Origin: a virus
Strand: one strand, 5' to 3'
DNA: 64,000 nt
Virus record (IMG/VR): IMGVR_UViG_3300046779_001269
Location: 1-64,000 of that record
Part shown: positions 28,909 through 39,757 of the stretch, piece after piece
Position numbering within the stretch: position 1 is the stretch's first letter
Layout of the letters: each line of letters opens with the position of its first letter
The notes under the pieces: model-generated
Told to the model about the DNA's origin: nothing
Databases searched by the model: none
The model's input: the letters and a program-made list of their open reading frames with translations, nothing else
Position numbers and translations under genes: made by a program

Positions 28909-29766
28909 TCAAGTTCTGTAAATAAAATAATTATTAGGATCTTCCAAATCGTATTTCTTCATCACATCATTTCGCCATTGTGGTACTCTATCATACTGGT
29001 GTACCATACAAAACTTCTTACCTGTTGAAGTGTAAACGATTCCATCTTTATATGTAGGTTCTGCTTCCAACAAATTAGGTCTGAAAGAATCTATCTTAGA
29101 AGGATCAACTGTTGTGCCTGCATGACAAGCCCAACCTTCGTGTTGTTTGGCAAAGTAAACAATATCACTATAAGGTTTTGTATGCATTAGAATATTAAAT
29201 GTGCCTTGGTCTAATGCTGGTGGATTTCCAATCGCCAACATAAAGTTGTGTAGAAATAGGTCTGCAAGATATGCAGGATCACCACCAAGAACACCCACAT
29301 TAAAGATTTCTTTGTCTTTGAATGCTTCGTATAGAGAAGTGATACCACGGAAGGTATCAATCAAATTTTGATTACCCCATGATTCATCTTTGTATTTTAA
29401 AGATTCGGAACCTGCAACAATCTTTTTACCCATTAGATTGTTTTCCATCCACTCGAATGGATCGGCCTGAAAATAAACATCCTTCAGGTCTGTCATCACA
29501 ACATAATCATAATCATCTTTAACTGATGATAGATAATTGTAAACAGTCAACCATCTTTGAATGTGAATTGGAACATTTAATGGTTGCATATCAACCAATT
29601 TAAAGTTGTGTTTGATTAGTTCTTCTTTAGTTTCTGGTGTTGTCTGACCAACAATCATCACCTTATCACATTCAATGCCACTTTCTTCAATGGAAAGTAC
29701 CCAAGGTTTTAGTTGATTGTAATTGTAACCACTGAAACCACCAACTATTAATTTCTTTTTTGCCAT
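28909..29766 (-). CDS. putative GT-A glycosyltransferase
   Basis: TDLKDVYFQ.DPF, DQG.FN, HQYDR. Confidence 0.65.
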   Translation of the reverse strand: MAKKKLIVGGFSGYNYNQLKPWVLSIEESGIECDKVMIVGQTTPETKEELIKHNFKLVDMQPLNVPIHIQRWLTVYNYLSSVKDDYDYVVMTDLKDVYFQADPFEWMENNLMGKKIVAGSESLKYKDESWGNQNLIDTFRGITSLYEAFKDKEIFNVGVLGGDPAYLADLFLHNFMLAIGNPPALDQGTFNILMHTKPYSDIVYFAKQHEGWACHAGTTVDPSKIDSFRPNLLEAEPTYKDGIVYTSTGKKFCMVHQYDRVPQWRNDVMKKYDLEDPNNYFIYRT

Positions 29767-30461
29767 GGTAATTCTCCATTATATTTTTCATTCATAACTT
29801 TGTTGCCATAATTAAAGAATTCTGGTTTAACAGAACCTTCATTTCCAGCCACTCTATAATTCACACTGTATTCACCAGTACATTCATACCTAGGAAAATG
29901 TTGAGATAATACTTGTAACCAAACTCTATCTTGTCCCCAACCGCCGTGCCAAACTTGTGCTAATTTTATCGCAACTTCTGTTTTAAGGCAATAACAATTC
30001 GTATCAATGTGGTTATAATCACCAGAAAATACTGGCCATTTACCTAAAGATTCACAGTCATCATAACACAAGAAATTGCCGTCTTTGTCATGTATCTTAC
30101 GGAGTGAATAGGACCAGTCCAGGTTGTTTTCTTCTATGGTTTGTATGCAAGACAGTACATGATGTGATTCCATTGCACAATCTTGATCCAGGTAAAGAAC
30201 ATATGGTGTGTCTATAAGATGAGTAAATGCGGCATAGACACGGTGACCATAGAAACCATTTGCACCAACATTTATTGGCAAATAACAAACATGTAGATTG
30301 GTACAACCTGCATATTCATCTACGATTGGTTTTACTTTACCTCTGTATTTGTCACCATCACATACAACATAAACTTTTGTTTGGTTTTGAGATAGTGCAG
30401 TTTTCAAAGCATCATGCAACTCCGGAGAACCCGTAGTTGGTATAATCACAGTCGCCTTCAT
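29748..30461 (-). CDS. GT2-family glycosyltransferase
   Basis: VIIPT, VVCDG, YLDQD. Confidence 0.8.
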   Translation of the reverse strand: MKATVIIPTTGSPELHDALKTALSQNQTKVYVVCDGDKYRGKVKPIVDEYAGCTNLHVCYLPINVGANGFYGHRVYAAFTHLIDTPYVLYLDQDCAMESHHVLSCIQTIEENNLDWSYSLRKIHDKDGNFLCYDDCESLGKWPVFSGDYNHIDTNCYCLKTEVAIKLAQVWHGGWGQDRVWLQVLSQHFPRYECTGEYSVNYRVAGNEGSVKPEFFNYGNKVMNEKYNGELPWQKRN

Positions 30462-30462
30462 A

Positions 30463-30732
30463 TCATCCTCTAGTCAGTTTCTTAATCTTATCTATTTGCT
30501 TTTCTAATGCAGGTTTACGATTGGGCCAATATATGTATTCTTTGTCTCCAGTATCACGGAGTTTTTCCAAGAATGGAATGATTAGATTTTCCAAATCTTC
30601 AAGTCTTTTTTCATATTCAACAGAAGTTTCGTCTTTGGCAATTTCTGCGTGGCGTTTGATTCTTTCTTCATATTCTTCTGCTGATATGGCAGAGAATCCA
30701 AAATCATCATCACTATCAATTGTATGTTTCAT
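30463..30732 (-). CDS. hypothetical protein
   Basis: DDFGFSA...YIYWPNR. Confidence 0.7.
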   Translation of the reverse strand: MKHTIDSDDDFGFSAISAEEYEERIKRHAEIAKDETSVEYEKRLEDLENLIIPFLEKLRDTGDKEYIYWPNRKPALEKQIDKIKKLTRG

Positions 30733-30734
30733 AA

Positions 30735-31826
30735 TTATAAGTAAGAGTAATCACACATCATACGGGTTGGATAACCATCACCACCTTGCGTATCACGTAT
30801 GTTTAGTTTAAGAATGTAGTGACCTGTTTCAATTTCCATGTCAATACGTTTGCCTGTTCCCGATTTACCACCATAGTAAACGGTACAAGATTTTGGTGTT
30901 GCGGCTTCTTCCATATACTTTTCATCAACTTCATAAACTTCCGTTTTGCCAGTTAATTTGTGTACAATCGTGTATCCATGACCAACACCAGATTTCAGAA
31001 AGTCTTTTAAATCTTTCTTTTGTTTGGCAGACATTGTTTTCCAAATATCTTCAACATAACCCTTTTTCAGTTTTCCATTATAAATGTCACAGAATAGTGC
31101 ATCATTAATGTTGAACATATCTAAAATTTTTAGTCCATCTTTATTTGTAATTCTACCAGTTTTGATTTCTGCTGGAGAAAGAACTGTACGAACACCAGAG
31201 TTGAAGAATGTAACTGTACCACCAGTTTTCAAACTCAAATAAATCTCTTTCTTCTTATCACAAATCAAAGTAATATCAGTAACAACGGGACCCAAATTGT
31301 TATTCAATACTTGAATTTTGGATGATATCAAAACTTTTGGTGAGAATATGAATGGTCGTTTATTGTTTAGTTCACCAACCATTTTAACTTCTAATGATTT
31401 GCACTTGTCTAATTTATGTAACTTAACAATGTCCGCAACAGCATCGGCCAGTTTTGGGTCAGTGATTGTTCCACCTTCCCACCAGGTTTGAATTGCCTCA
31501 GCAAGTTGGCCTTCATAAAGATTTCCCTTGTTTTGCACACCACGACCACCGGCAGAACCCGAACCAAACTTCATTGTTATTTTGGTGACTTTGGTTTCTC
31601 TTTTGATTTTTGCTAAGTCGATATCAGTTTGTAAATCTCTGGTGACATTAATCTTACCAATTGATTTCGGATCAATATTGATTGGAGTTGGCACCTTACT
31701 AAACTTATTTTTTAAATATGCAAAGACATTGATTATTTCATCAATCTTAGCCTTGTCACCTTTCAAGGTCTGTTTAATTTCTGTTGCAGTTGTTGGGAAA
31801 AAAGTATAAGCCAATTTGCTCTCCAA
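30735..31826 (-). CDS. putative PD-(D/E)xK nuclease-fold protein
   Basis: G..YE...TDI.L...YLSLK spacing. Confidence 0.45.
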   Translation of the reverse strand: MESKLAYTFFPTTATEIKQTLKGDKAKIDEIINVFAYLKNKFSKVPTPINIDPKSIGKINVTRDLQTDIDLAKIKRETKVTKITMKFGSGSAGGRGVQNKGNLYEGQLAEAIQTWWEGGTITDPKLADAVADIVKLHKLDKCKSLEVKMVGELNNKRPFIFSPKVLISSKIQVLNNNLGPVVTDITLICDKKKEIYLSLKTGGTVTFFNSGVRTVLSPAEIKTGRITNKDGLKILDMFNINDALFCDIYNGKLKKGYVEDIWKTMSAKQKKDLKDFLKSGVGHGYTIVHKLTGKTEVYEVDEKYMEEAATPKSCTVYYGGKSGTGKRIDMEIETGHYILKLNIRDTQGGDGYPTRMMCDYSYL

Positions 31827-31841
31827 TAAAGATACACATAT

Positions 31842-32948
31842 TTATCTAATAATCTGTATCTCTTTACCTGAGGTCCAAATCTCAAGTTCATTTCTCAAAC
31901 GACCTTCATTATGAAGTGTTGCATACCGATTGACGGCTTTGTTTCTCCACCACTCAACAAGGTTTGCCAGTTTGTGTTTTTCATAGTTTTCACCAGGAAT
32001 AAGAACATCGGTCTTACAGTTCACATAATCGACCATATTCTTAAACCCATAGTCACTGATGTAATACCGTTTCTGTTCAGTTAGACCTTTGGCCTTTTCA
32101 ATAGTCTTATTGAATGCTTCACCTTCTTTGGTGCCTTTGAGTGCTGCTTTGGTCAAAGAAATAATTTTCATGGAGATTTTGAGTTTCTTACTAGATGCCT
32201 CTTCGTCAACCAGTGGACCAGTAATTGCTTGAACATAATCACGGAGTTCCGAATAGGGTTTACCGTGCATCATAGGCAAAAAGTCTGAGTCTGTCAAGCC
32301 TTTGTATCTGATATATGGTTTCATACCATCATACTGAGATACTGTCTTAGAACTTCCGTATAAACTGGTAGTTTCAAACAAACACAGATTCATACCATAC
32401 TTCTTGTTCACAATCTCACGGACTTCATGTGAAGTACAGATTGCAGCCAACAGTTTACCACCAAGGTAATTGTAACCGAATGGTTGTGCAGGTACAATCA
32501 CAAAACCCATCATTGCAGAGTTATTGAATCGTTTACCCCACTCTGGTTGTTGCGTAAACACTTGTCCAAGCATTTCATTGCGAGGTTTGCAGTTGATTAC
32601 AGGTGAACCAAGACGAATGAACCCCACATACTTTCCGGTGGTTTTCTCTTTGACTGCCAACTTAACATTACGACCGACAGGTGCAATGTTTACATGTGAC
32701 GATGTAATGTCAAGTAAGGTTTCCCATGTCGATGTTGGTATTTCACACACCTCAAAATCCATGTCTTTTGGATGCATCGTAAAATCTTGGAATAGTTCAT
32801 CTTCGATTGGAAATAGTGGGTTAGTTGGAATATCGGCCAGAGAATTTAACTTCTGGTCACGCATGTACTCATCAATACGGTCAAAATTACCAAAGTAATC
32901 TTCAAATGCCTTGGCACAATGCAAGGCTTCATCAAAACTCAATTTCAT
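31842..32948 (-). CDS. DUF4338/DruA-like protein (paralog 1)
   Basis: IVPAQPFGYNYLGGKLLA, TTSLYG, SQYDG. Confidence 0.6.
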   Translation of the reverse strand: MKLSFDEALHCAKAFEDYFGNFDRIDEYMRDQKLNSLADIPTNPLFPIEDELFQDFTMHPKDMDFEVCEIPTSTWETLLDITSSHVNIAPVGRNVKLAVKEKTTGKYVGFIRLGSPVINCKPRNEMLGQVFTQQPEWGKRFNNSAMMGFVIVPAQPFGYNYLGGKLLAAICTSHEVREIVNKKYGMNLCLFETTSLYGSSKTVSQYDGMKPYIRYKGLTDSDFLPMMHGKPYSELRDYVQAITGPLVDEEASSKKLKISMKIISLTKAALKGTKEGEAFNKTIEKAKGLTEQKRYYISDYGFKNMVDYVNCKTDVLIPGENYEKHKLANLVEWWRNKAVNRYATLHNEGRLRNELEIWTSGKEIQIIR

Positions 32949-34336
32949 ACTTTAAATCCATCAAACGATTTCTTTTGTGGTTTTTCTCTGTTACCAAATG
33001 TATTTAATGGCTTGTCCTGACCAGCGTCAGTCAAACCATCTTGACCTGATTGTTCAATATCATACAGTCTCATCTTTGCTCTGTCAATACCTAGTGTGAA
33101 TCGTTTGTAATAACCTGGGTCATTGTAACGATTCTTCAACTGTTTGACCATAATCTGTCCCATTTCTTCTAGTTCTTCGGATGAAATGAGAGCAAACATC
33201 AAGTCTGCGGTTGCTGGCAAACCAAAAGATTCACTTGTGTCCTCCAACCCAGGATCGGATGAACTATATCCGCTTCGTGTAGTTTGTGTAGCAGAAACGA
33301 CTGGTACTCCGAACTCAACTGCAAGACCTCGCAATTCTTCTGCGATTGCTTTGACATAGGTATAACTATTAATGTTGGCTCCGGCTTTGATTCTAGAGCT
33401 ACAGCAAATATTAAGATAATCAATGAAAATAATATCAGGTACAAAAGACTTTTTAAGGTTAAGTTCATTAAGTAAAGTCCTAAAGTGCGTAGCTGAGGCA
33501 GATGCAGTTGGGTATTCTTTGATGATAAGTTTTCCCACAGTCTTTTCACGGAGTTTTTGAATTCGTTTATCATATAATTCCTTGGACAAATTTGTCAATT
33601 CGTCCATAGTCACATTCAACAAGTTTGCATCTATGCGTTCGGCGATTCTTTCTTCCGACATTTCCATTGTGATATACAAAACATTTTTGCCTTGTGACAT
33701 ACAGCCAGCGGCCACATGACACATAAACAGAGACTTACCCACACCAGTCCCAGCCAAAGCAATGTTAAGTGTTTTAGCAGGTAGTCCACCTTTTGTAATC
33801 TTGTTAAAGAACTCCAAGTCAAATGGGATTCTTTCTTCATGTCTGTGATAGAAGTCGAATCGGTCATCTGAATTCTCCAAATAATCGTGGCCAACTGAAC
33901 TGTCAAAAGATATGGCTAACGCATCCGATAATAATTTTGGGATTGCACCCTTGTCGTTAGTCTTGTCTTTGCCGTCAAGGATAGAAATTGAGCCAAGAAC
34001 AGCATTGTATATTGCTTTTTCTTGGCAGAATTGTTCGGTTTTATCAGTGAGCCAGTCAAGTTTAGACACCTCCGATTTAGATGAAACAATCTCTTTGAGA
34101 TTAGATTCACACTGTTCCACTTCTTCATCTGTGAGATTTCGTTGCTCTTTGATGGCCAATCCAATTGCTTCAATAGTCGGTGTGCTATTGTAGTCCTGAA
34201 CGAACTTGGACACCTCTGTAAATATAGTGCGGTCAACTCTGTCCGTGAAATACTCACTTTTGAGAAAGGGTAGGACTTTGCGTAGGTATTCTTCATTGTA
34301 AATCAGATTCTTTAGAATCGTCTGTTCCAGTTTCAT
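32945..34336 (-). CDS. 41: replicative DNA helicase (gp41)
   Basis: AGTGVGKS Walker A, IDYLN, SESFGLPATAD, KQLKNRY. Confidence 0.95.
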   Translation of the reverse strand: MKLEQTILKNLIYNEEYLRKVLPFLKSEYFTDRVDRTIFTEVSKFVQDYNSTPTIEAIGLAIKEQRNLTDEEVEQCESNLKEIVSSKSEVSKLDWLTDKTEQFCQEKAIYNAVLGSISILDGKDKTNDKGAIPKLLSDALAISFDSSVGHDYLENSDDRFDFYHRHEERIPFDLEFFNKITKGGLPAKTLNIALAGTGVGKSLFMCHVAAGCMSQGKNVLYITMEMSEERIAERIDANLLNVTMDELTNLSKELYDKRIQKLREKTVGKLIIKEYPTASASATHFRTLLNELNLKKSFVPDIIFIDYLNICCSSRIKAGANINSYTYVKAIAEELRGLAVEFGVPVVSATQTTRSGYSSSDPGLEDTSESFGLPATADLMFALISSEELEEMGQIMVKQLKNRYNDPGYYKRFTLGIDRAKMRLYDIEQSGQDGLTDAGQDKPLNTFGNREKPQKKSFDGFKV

Positions 34337-34622
34337 CAATAATTTCCTGTTCAATATTGTTGGACATTAATTGTACCAACAGGTCACCAATGTAGTTCTT
34401 AAAGTCGGCATCTTTCTCCAACTTGTTTGGTTTCATAACTGGTGATTCTATCACATCATAAGCAAAAAGTAAATAGACCTGTTCACCTTCTTCTTTAAAT
34501 TTAACTTTACCATATTTGTAAACGGTATCTTTATATGTACCGGTTAAAAACCTGATATGCACACCTTCATTAGAATCTTTCGGATAAATGAAGCAATAAT
34601 CAATACCTTCAATCAACTCCAT
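34293..34622 (-). CDS. gp40-like head vertex assembly chaperone
   Basis: Synteny between uvsX and 41, matching size. Confidence 0.5.
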   Translation of the reverse strand: MELIEGIDYCFIYPKDSNEGVHIRFLTGTYKDTVYKYGKVKFKEEGEQVYLLFAYDVIESPVMKPNKLEKDADFKNYIGDLLVQLMSNNIEQEIIDETGTDDSKESDLQ

Positions 34623-35679
34623 TTGTTGTCTCCACATCAAATGTTTCTTCAATATCGTCCGCAAGAATTTCTGTTGATGCTACACGATACTTGCTCTCAA
34701 CAAATTGTTGGAATGATTTGTTCTTTAGGATTGGCAACCAGAATGCTGATGTATTGGTTTCTTTTTCACGGTATTTCTTTTCTTCTACCACACCATCTTC
34801 ATCAACACGCTGATACCAACCATTAGATGGTTTGATTACGTGTTTAGATTCAAGTGCAAGGTCAAGTAAGCCAGACCACTTGCTAATGCCACCGTCATGC
34901 AATACAGTAACAGGGATTTTAGATTTTTCACGGACATATCTTGATTTTTCCACATTGATAACAAAGTTGTAACCAACAATTTCAGTACCTTCTTTTTCTT
35001 GTTGACGACCGATAATGAAAATATTATCAGCAGAGTAATATGAACCAGTACCACCACCAACGATATCTTTGGGGAACATACCGATTTCTTTGTATGTGTG
35101 ATTGACAACAATCATTGGAATGTCTTTCAAAGACAAGTGTGGTGTTACCATACGGAACAAAGACTTCACTTGTTTAGCACGAGACATATCAGCAACTGAT
35201 TTTCCATCCAATGCATCATCAACTTCTTTCTTTGATGCCAAGTTACCAATAGAATCAATAACGATAATCAATCTGTCACCACGTTCGAGATTGGTCAACT
35301 GTGCCATCACATCGAACTTCAACTGCTCAATATCTGTAAGAGGAGTATGCAAAACACGATTTGTATCAATACCGAATGAGTCAAAATAGGACTGAGGAGT
35401 ACCAAACTCAGAATCGTAGAATAAAAGCGCAGCATCTTCATATTTGTCCATGTATGATTTGGCCATCAATAGAGAGAATGCTGTCTTAAAGTGTTTGGAT
35501 GGTCCTGCCCACATTGTAAGACCTGGTGTTAGACCACCATCTAGTTTACCTGACAGTGCAATGTTAACTGCTGGTACTGCCGTTGGAATCATGTCCTTAT
35601 CTGTAAAGAACTTTGATTTGGATAGAATAGCAGATTCTTTGATGCTACTATTCTTTTTAATTTTGTCAAGAATGCTCAT
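34609..35679 (-). CDS. uvsX: RecA-like recombinase
   Basis: AGPSKHFKT, YDSEFG, DSIGNLAS. Confidence 0.95.
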   Translation of the reverse strand: MSILDKIKKNSSIKESAILSKSKFFTDKDMIPTAVPAVNIALSGKLDGGLTPGLTMWAGPSKHFKTAFSLLMAKSYMDKYEDAALLFYDSEFGTPQSYFDSFGIDTNRVLHTPLTDIEQLKFDVMAQLTNLERGDRLIIVIDSIGNLASKKEVDDALDGKSVADMSRAKQVKSLFRMVTPHLSLKDIPMIVVNHTYKEIGMFPKDIVGGGTGSYYSADNIFIIGRQQEKEGTEIVGYNFVINVEKSRYVREKSKIPVTVLHDGGISKWSGLLDLALESKHVIKPSNGWYQRVDEDGVVEEKKYREKETNTSAFWLPILKNKSFQQFVESKYRVASTEILADDIEETFDVETTNGVD

Positions 35680-36803
35680 TTATTTTCCTTTTCACGAAAC
35701 GAATATGGTTCATCATAGTCATACTTAGGTTCAAGTCTCTTACTTGTTATTGCTGGCATAGTTTCGCCAGTTATTTCATCAAGCACAATTACATTTTCTT
35801 TTTCAATTTCAATGGTATTGTGTTTTGTTTCTTCTTCGGTTAATACTACCTCTTCCACCTTTTCAGGTATGTAAGGCATTGGTTTCAAATTCTCAAAGTG
35901 TTTAAATGGTTGTTTCAGATATGCATGTTTATCTGTATCTTTGGCTGCATCGACCATCAAATCATACATTTCATCTTGTGTGATGTTTACTTCAGGTTCT
36001 GTAACCAGTTCTGTTGGTTGACCTTTCATAAAATCGTCCCAAGTTTTGCTTCGTACAGGTTTTTTCTCTGTCATTGACATATTGGCTGCAATCAATAACA
36101 ATACTGCCAACGGATCAAATACAACCATAATCAACATAATGACAAGGCGAACGGCCTTATCAATAATGTCTGCTTCACCAGAACCGTATACTAGTTCGGC
36201 CACGTATTTAATTGGACCGAAATCGCTTTCCACTTTCTGTAACTCATTCTGTAACGGGAACTTTTCTTCAGTGAGTTGAGAAATTGTTTTCTGGTAGGCT
36301 TCGTTCTCAACCTGTATTCGACTGCGTTCCTTTTGTTGCGACCTTCGTATGACCACGGAGTTAGCGATACCTTTTTCATCGCTGCTGCGGCCCATAGTTT
36401 GGTCGACCATCTCATCCATCTGTTTAATAATCTTGCGGTTATCATCTAAATTTCCTTTTGCAACTCTAATCTTTTCGTCAAGTAATTGCACCTTGGCCGC
36501 CAATGGTGCTGTGTCAGCAGAATGTTCCAAGTGTGCCTTGGACAAATAACCAAAGATACCCATACTGGTAATCAACATCAGAATGACTGATGCTGCCGTT
36601 AGGTATACTCTCATACCGATATGTGCTTGTTTCCAGTTTCTATACAACCAAGATACCGTTACAAGTTTGGCACCTTCAAGTACCGAACCCATAATGATAA
36701 TTGGCCAGAATGAACCTGGAAAGATTGCTGCCAATCCAATAACTGAATAGTAAGCTGCAACACCAGACAAAGCCAGTGCTGTCAGAAATGTTAATAGTGT
36801 CAT
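35676..36803 (-). CDS. multi-TM coiled-coil membrane protein
   Basis: Three N-terminal TMs, ITSMGIFGYLSKAH, coiled coil, VFDPLAV TM. Confidence 0.7.
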   Translation of the reverse strand: MTLLTFLTALALSGVAAYYSVIGLAAIFPGSFWPIIIMGSVLEGAKLVTVSWLYRNWKQAHIGMRVYLTAASVILMLITSMGIFGYLSKAHLEHSADTAPLAAKVQLLDEKIRVAKGNLDDNRKIIKQMDEMVDQTMGRSSDEKGIANSVVIRRSQQKERSRIQVENEAYQKTISQLTEEKFPLQNELQKVESDFGPIKYVAELVYGSGEADIIDKAVRLVIMLIMVVFDPLAVLLLIAANMSMTEKKPVRSKTWDDFMKGQPTELVTEPEVNITQDEMYDLMVDAAKDTDKHAYLKQPFKHFENLKPMPYIPEKVEEVVLTEEETKHNTIEIEKENVIVLDEITGETMPAITSKRLEPKYDYDEPYSFREKENK

Positions 36804-39334
36804 CCGAAAAAGTCTTCCAAAGAATTAGTTTTTTCTGTTTTCCAACCCATACAGTTTAGAATAACCTTAATTGGTTCCAGAAACGCTTTATCGAATTGTA
36901 CATCATAATCAATAACCTCGTCAAGCCCAAATTCTTTAGGAATTCTGGATGGGAAAGATACCACATCTTCTTTGAAATGATTTGGTAGTTTCAGATAGGT
37001 GAATTTAATCTTTTCACCTTCTTGTATTTTTGGGTATTTCTTTTCCAAACCCATCAGTTTTAGATGGTGGTTATACATGATGGCACCACGCACATGGATT
37101 GGTGTGCCTTTTTTGTACAATGTTACCGAATCGGAATAATTATTTAAGCCATTCAGTCCACGAGGAAAAGATATTTCTTCTGGTGGTAATGTTTTAAATT
37201 CTTTTCTAAATTCGGCAATAAAGTCCTGCACATCAGATTCGGTACCAGTCATCATCAACTTAACAGATTTCCACATCTTTTCACGGATGGCCGATGGTGT
37301 TGAAGATTTAATCATTTCCAAACCCATGACTTTAATCTTAGGTTCGGCATATTGCACACCTTCGTTGTTATACACATTTAGAATATAACGCTTCTTGGCA
37401 GTCCATACACCTTTGTCGGACAAACCTTCTCGTTTCATTTGCATCTTTTGAGCATAAGCGTTAACATATTGAGCAAGTTCAGTGTAAGCCTTATCAATAA
37501 AAGGTTGAAGTTTATCCTCGCAGATTTTATCCATGATGGTGATAATCCGAGAAGTATCAGATTGGTCTTGAACAAACTTGTCCATAAGAGGACCAAGCTT
37601 AAGATAGATTGAGTCAGTATCGGACGCAATAACATAATCAACTCCTTCTGTACCAACCAATTTGTTCATGTATTCATTTATTTTGCCTTCAATCCAACGA
37701 ATCGAGAGTTGGCCTGCTGTAGTGACTCCAAGAGCCATGCGTAGGTCATAAAACCTAAAATACTGGCTTCCCAAAGCACCGTAGGCGGAATTAAGTGATA
37801 CCTTCTTTGCGAGTTGTAGGTTGTCGTATCTTGCGATTCGTTTTTCAATGTCGTATTTTTTGCTTGTGTCTTTTTCATTTTCATACTCCTGTTTTGCCTG
37901 AAGCATCAACTTCTTAAACTTCTTACGGTCTTCGTACATTTCTTCCATCATCTTAGGTAAGAAACCTTGCATGTCGGTACGGAAGAATTGGCCATTTGGT
38001 GTAATGGTCACACCATCCAGATTTGACAAGTCAACGGTCTTAGACAACAATTTATCAACACTTACACCTTGTGAAAGAATATCACGCATTTCTTGTGTGT
38101 AATTTTCTGGTTCAATCAATGTTTCTGGACTGATGTTGTATTGCATCATCAAGTGGGGATACAAACTGTTCAAGTCAAACGATGCAACCCATTTGTGAGC
38201 ACCAACTTGTGGTTCTTTTACATATGCACCTTCAAATGCCGAATCTTTATCCTGCACTTCACGAGGTGGTACAATGATGCCTTTGTTGAACAAATAGGAA
38301 TAAGTCATTGAATCCCACATACGGGTCTGTGCAAACACATCTTCATAGTTACACTTGGTATCATAGGCCAAGGTGAGTGCCAGTTCCAACAACTTCAACT
38401 TATCTTCCAACTTCAAAATCAACTTAACGTCTTTGATGTTGTATTCAATAAATTTCTGATAGTTCAAACGATACAGTTGGTGTAGGTTATCATACTCATC
38501 ATATGAAATCTTACCTTCACCGAGTTCTACTTGTGCAATATTATCCAAACGATAAGATTCTTGTGACTTACCACCTGGCGCATACCATTTGTAGAGTTCA
38601 ATATAATCAAGTGATTCAACACCAACAAAACCATACGCAATCATCTGTCGACCATTAATAATAGTCTTGCGTTCTGTAATGAAATTCCATGGTGACAACT
38701 TCTTGGCCAAATCTTCACCAAGAATTTTACGAAAACGATTTACAAGATAGGGAATATCAAAGAACTTGGTGTTCCAGCCGGTGATAACATCGGGACATTT
38801 TTGAATCCATAGTTCCAAGAATTGTTTGCAAAGTGAATATTCATCTTTACACTTGACATAAATCTCATCACCTTGAGTAACATAATCACCACAACCAAAC
38901 ACATATGTTGCACCGTTCAGATAGGTAATTGCAATGGCTGTAATTGGTTCGTTGGCTTGATATGGATCAGGGAAACCATTTTCTGAACCAACCTCAATAT
39001 CGACAATGCCGATAGAGATTTTTTCCATGTCCCATTCAATCATATCTGGATGTTGGTCTGCAATAAATGCATACGCATATCTGGTGTTGCCGTAAATCTT
39101 AGGCATACCAGGAATACCATCATACTTTTTGAAGAAGTCTTTTGCTTCGTTGATATCGTCAAACTTTTTGCGTTCTAACGGTGTGCCATCCAAAGATTTG
39201 TATTGGGTAGGTTTCTTTGTTGGTATGTATAAAGATGGTGAGTAGTCAATACGCTGTTTGACACGCTTACCATCCATAAAACCACGGTAAAGAATACCAT
39301 TGCCAAAGTTTTGGACATTAGTATAAAAATCCAT
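36800..39334 (-). CDS. 43: family B DNA polymerase (gp43), uninterrupted
   Basis: DIEV exonuclease, SFDLNSLYP, KVSLNSAYG, SDTDS. Confidence 0.97.
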   Translation of the reverse strand: MDFYTNVQNFGNGILYRGFMDGKRVKQRIDYSPSLYIPTKKPTQYKSLDGTPLERKKFDDINEAKDFFKKYDGIPGMPKIYGNTRYAYAFIADQHPDMIEWDMEKISIGIVDIEVGSENGFPDPYQANEPITAIAITYLNGATYVFGCGDYVTQGDEIYVKCKDEYSLCKQFLELWIQKCPDVITGWNTKFFDIPYLVNRFRKILGEDLAKKLSPWNFITERKTIINGRQMIAYGFVGVESLDYIELYKWYAPGGKSQESYRLDNIAQVELGEGKISYDEYDNLHQLYRLNYQKFIEYNIKDVKLILKLEDKLKLLELALTLAYDTKCNYEDVFAQTRMWDSMTYSYLFNKGIIVPPREVQDKDSAFEGAYVKEPQVGAHKWVASFDLNSLYPHLMMQYNISPETLIEPENYTQEMRDILSQGVSVDKLLSKTVDLSNLDGVTITPNGQFFRTDMQGFLPKMMEEMYEDRKKFKKLMLQAKQEYENEKDTSKKYDIEKRIARYDNLQLAKKVSLNSAYGALGSQYFRFYDLRMALGVTTAGQLSIRWIEGKINEYMNKLVGTEGVDYVIASDTDSIYLKLGPLMDKFVQDQSDTSRIITIMDKICEDKLQPFIDKAYTELAQYVNAYAQKMQMKREGLSDKGVWTAKKRYILNVYNNEGVQYAEPKIKVMGLEMIKSSTPSAIREKMWKSVKLMMTGTESDVQDFIAEFRKEFKTLPPEEISFPRGLNGLNNYSDSVTLYKKGTPIHVRGAIMYNHHLKLMGLEKKYPKIQEGEKIKFTYLKLPNHFKEDVVSFPSRIPKEFGLDEVIDYDVQFDKAFLEPIKVILNCMGWKTEKTNSLEDFFG

Positions 39335-39337
39335 TAA

Positions 39338-39643
39338 TTAACCTGTGATGATTTGTGGAGAACCTTCACCGGAGAACATGCGTTTGTATTCTTCAATGAG
39401 TGGTGCGTCTGGTTCATATGAATATACCACATGTAAAGGTTCCAAAACTATTGTCGATACCTTATCCACATTTGTTAGTGCTGGAAATGGTTGAAAACCC
39501 ATGGACGGTTGGCCACCGGCGAGTTGTGAGGGAAACATTCTTAGGGTAACTGATCCGGTCATCTGGATGCGACCTTCTTTTGTGAGGGAGTGTTGACCGA
39601 TGATTTCTTCGCCGGTAACTAGTTTAAGTGCCATGACTTGCAT
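39338..39643 (-). CDS. small Sm-like hypothetical protein
   Basis: LKLVTGEEIIG pattern, upstream of gene 43. Confidence 0.6.
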   Translation of the reverse strand: MQVMALKLVTGEEIIGQHSLTKEGRIQMTGSVTLRMFPSQLAGGQPSMGFQPFPALTNVDKVSTIVLEPLHVVYSYEPDAPLIEEYKRMFSGEGSPQIITG

Positions 39644-39663
39644 ATTGATCCTTATCAAAAATT

Positions 39664-39671
39664 CATAAATA
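39664..39671 (+). promoter_or_regulatory. late-promoter-like element for the plus-strand island
   Basis: CATAAATA upstream of 39758. Confidence 0.5.
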
Positions 39672-39757
39672 GTAGTAGATTATATATGATTTTGTCTGGA
39701 CATGCAAGATGTCCGTGCGTTGTTTACCATATCTGACAACATCATTTTCCCTGAACC

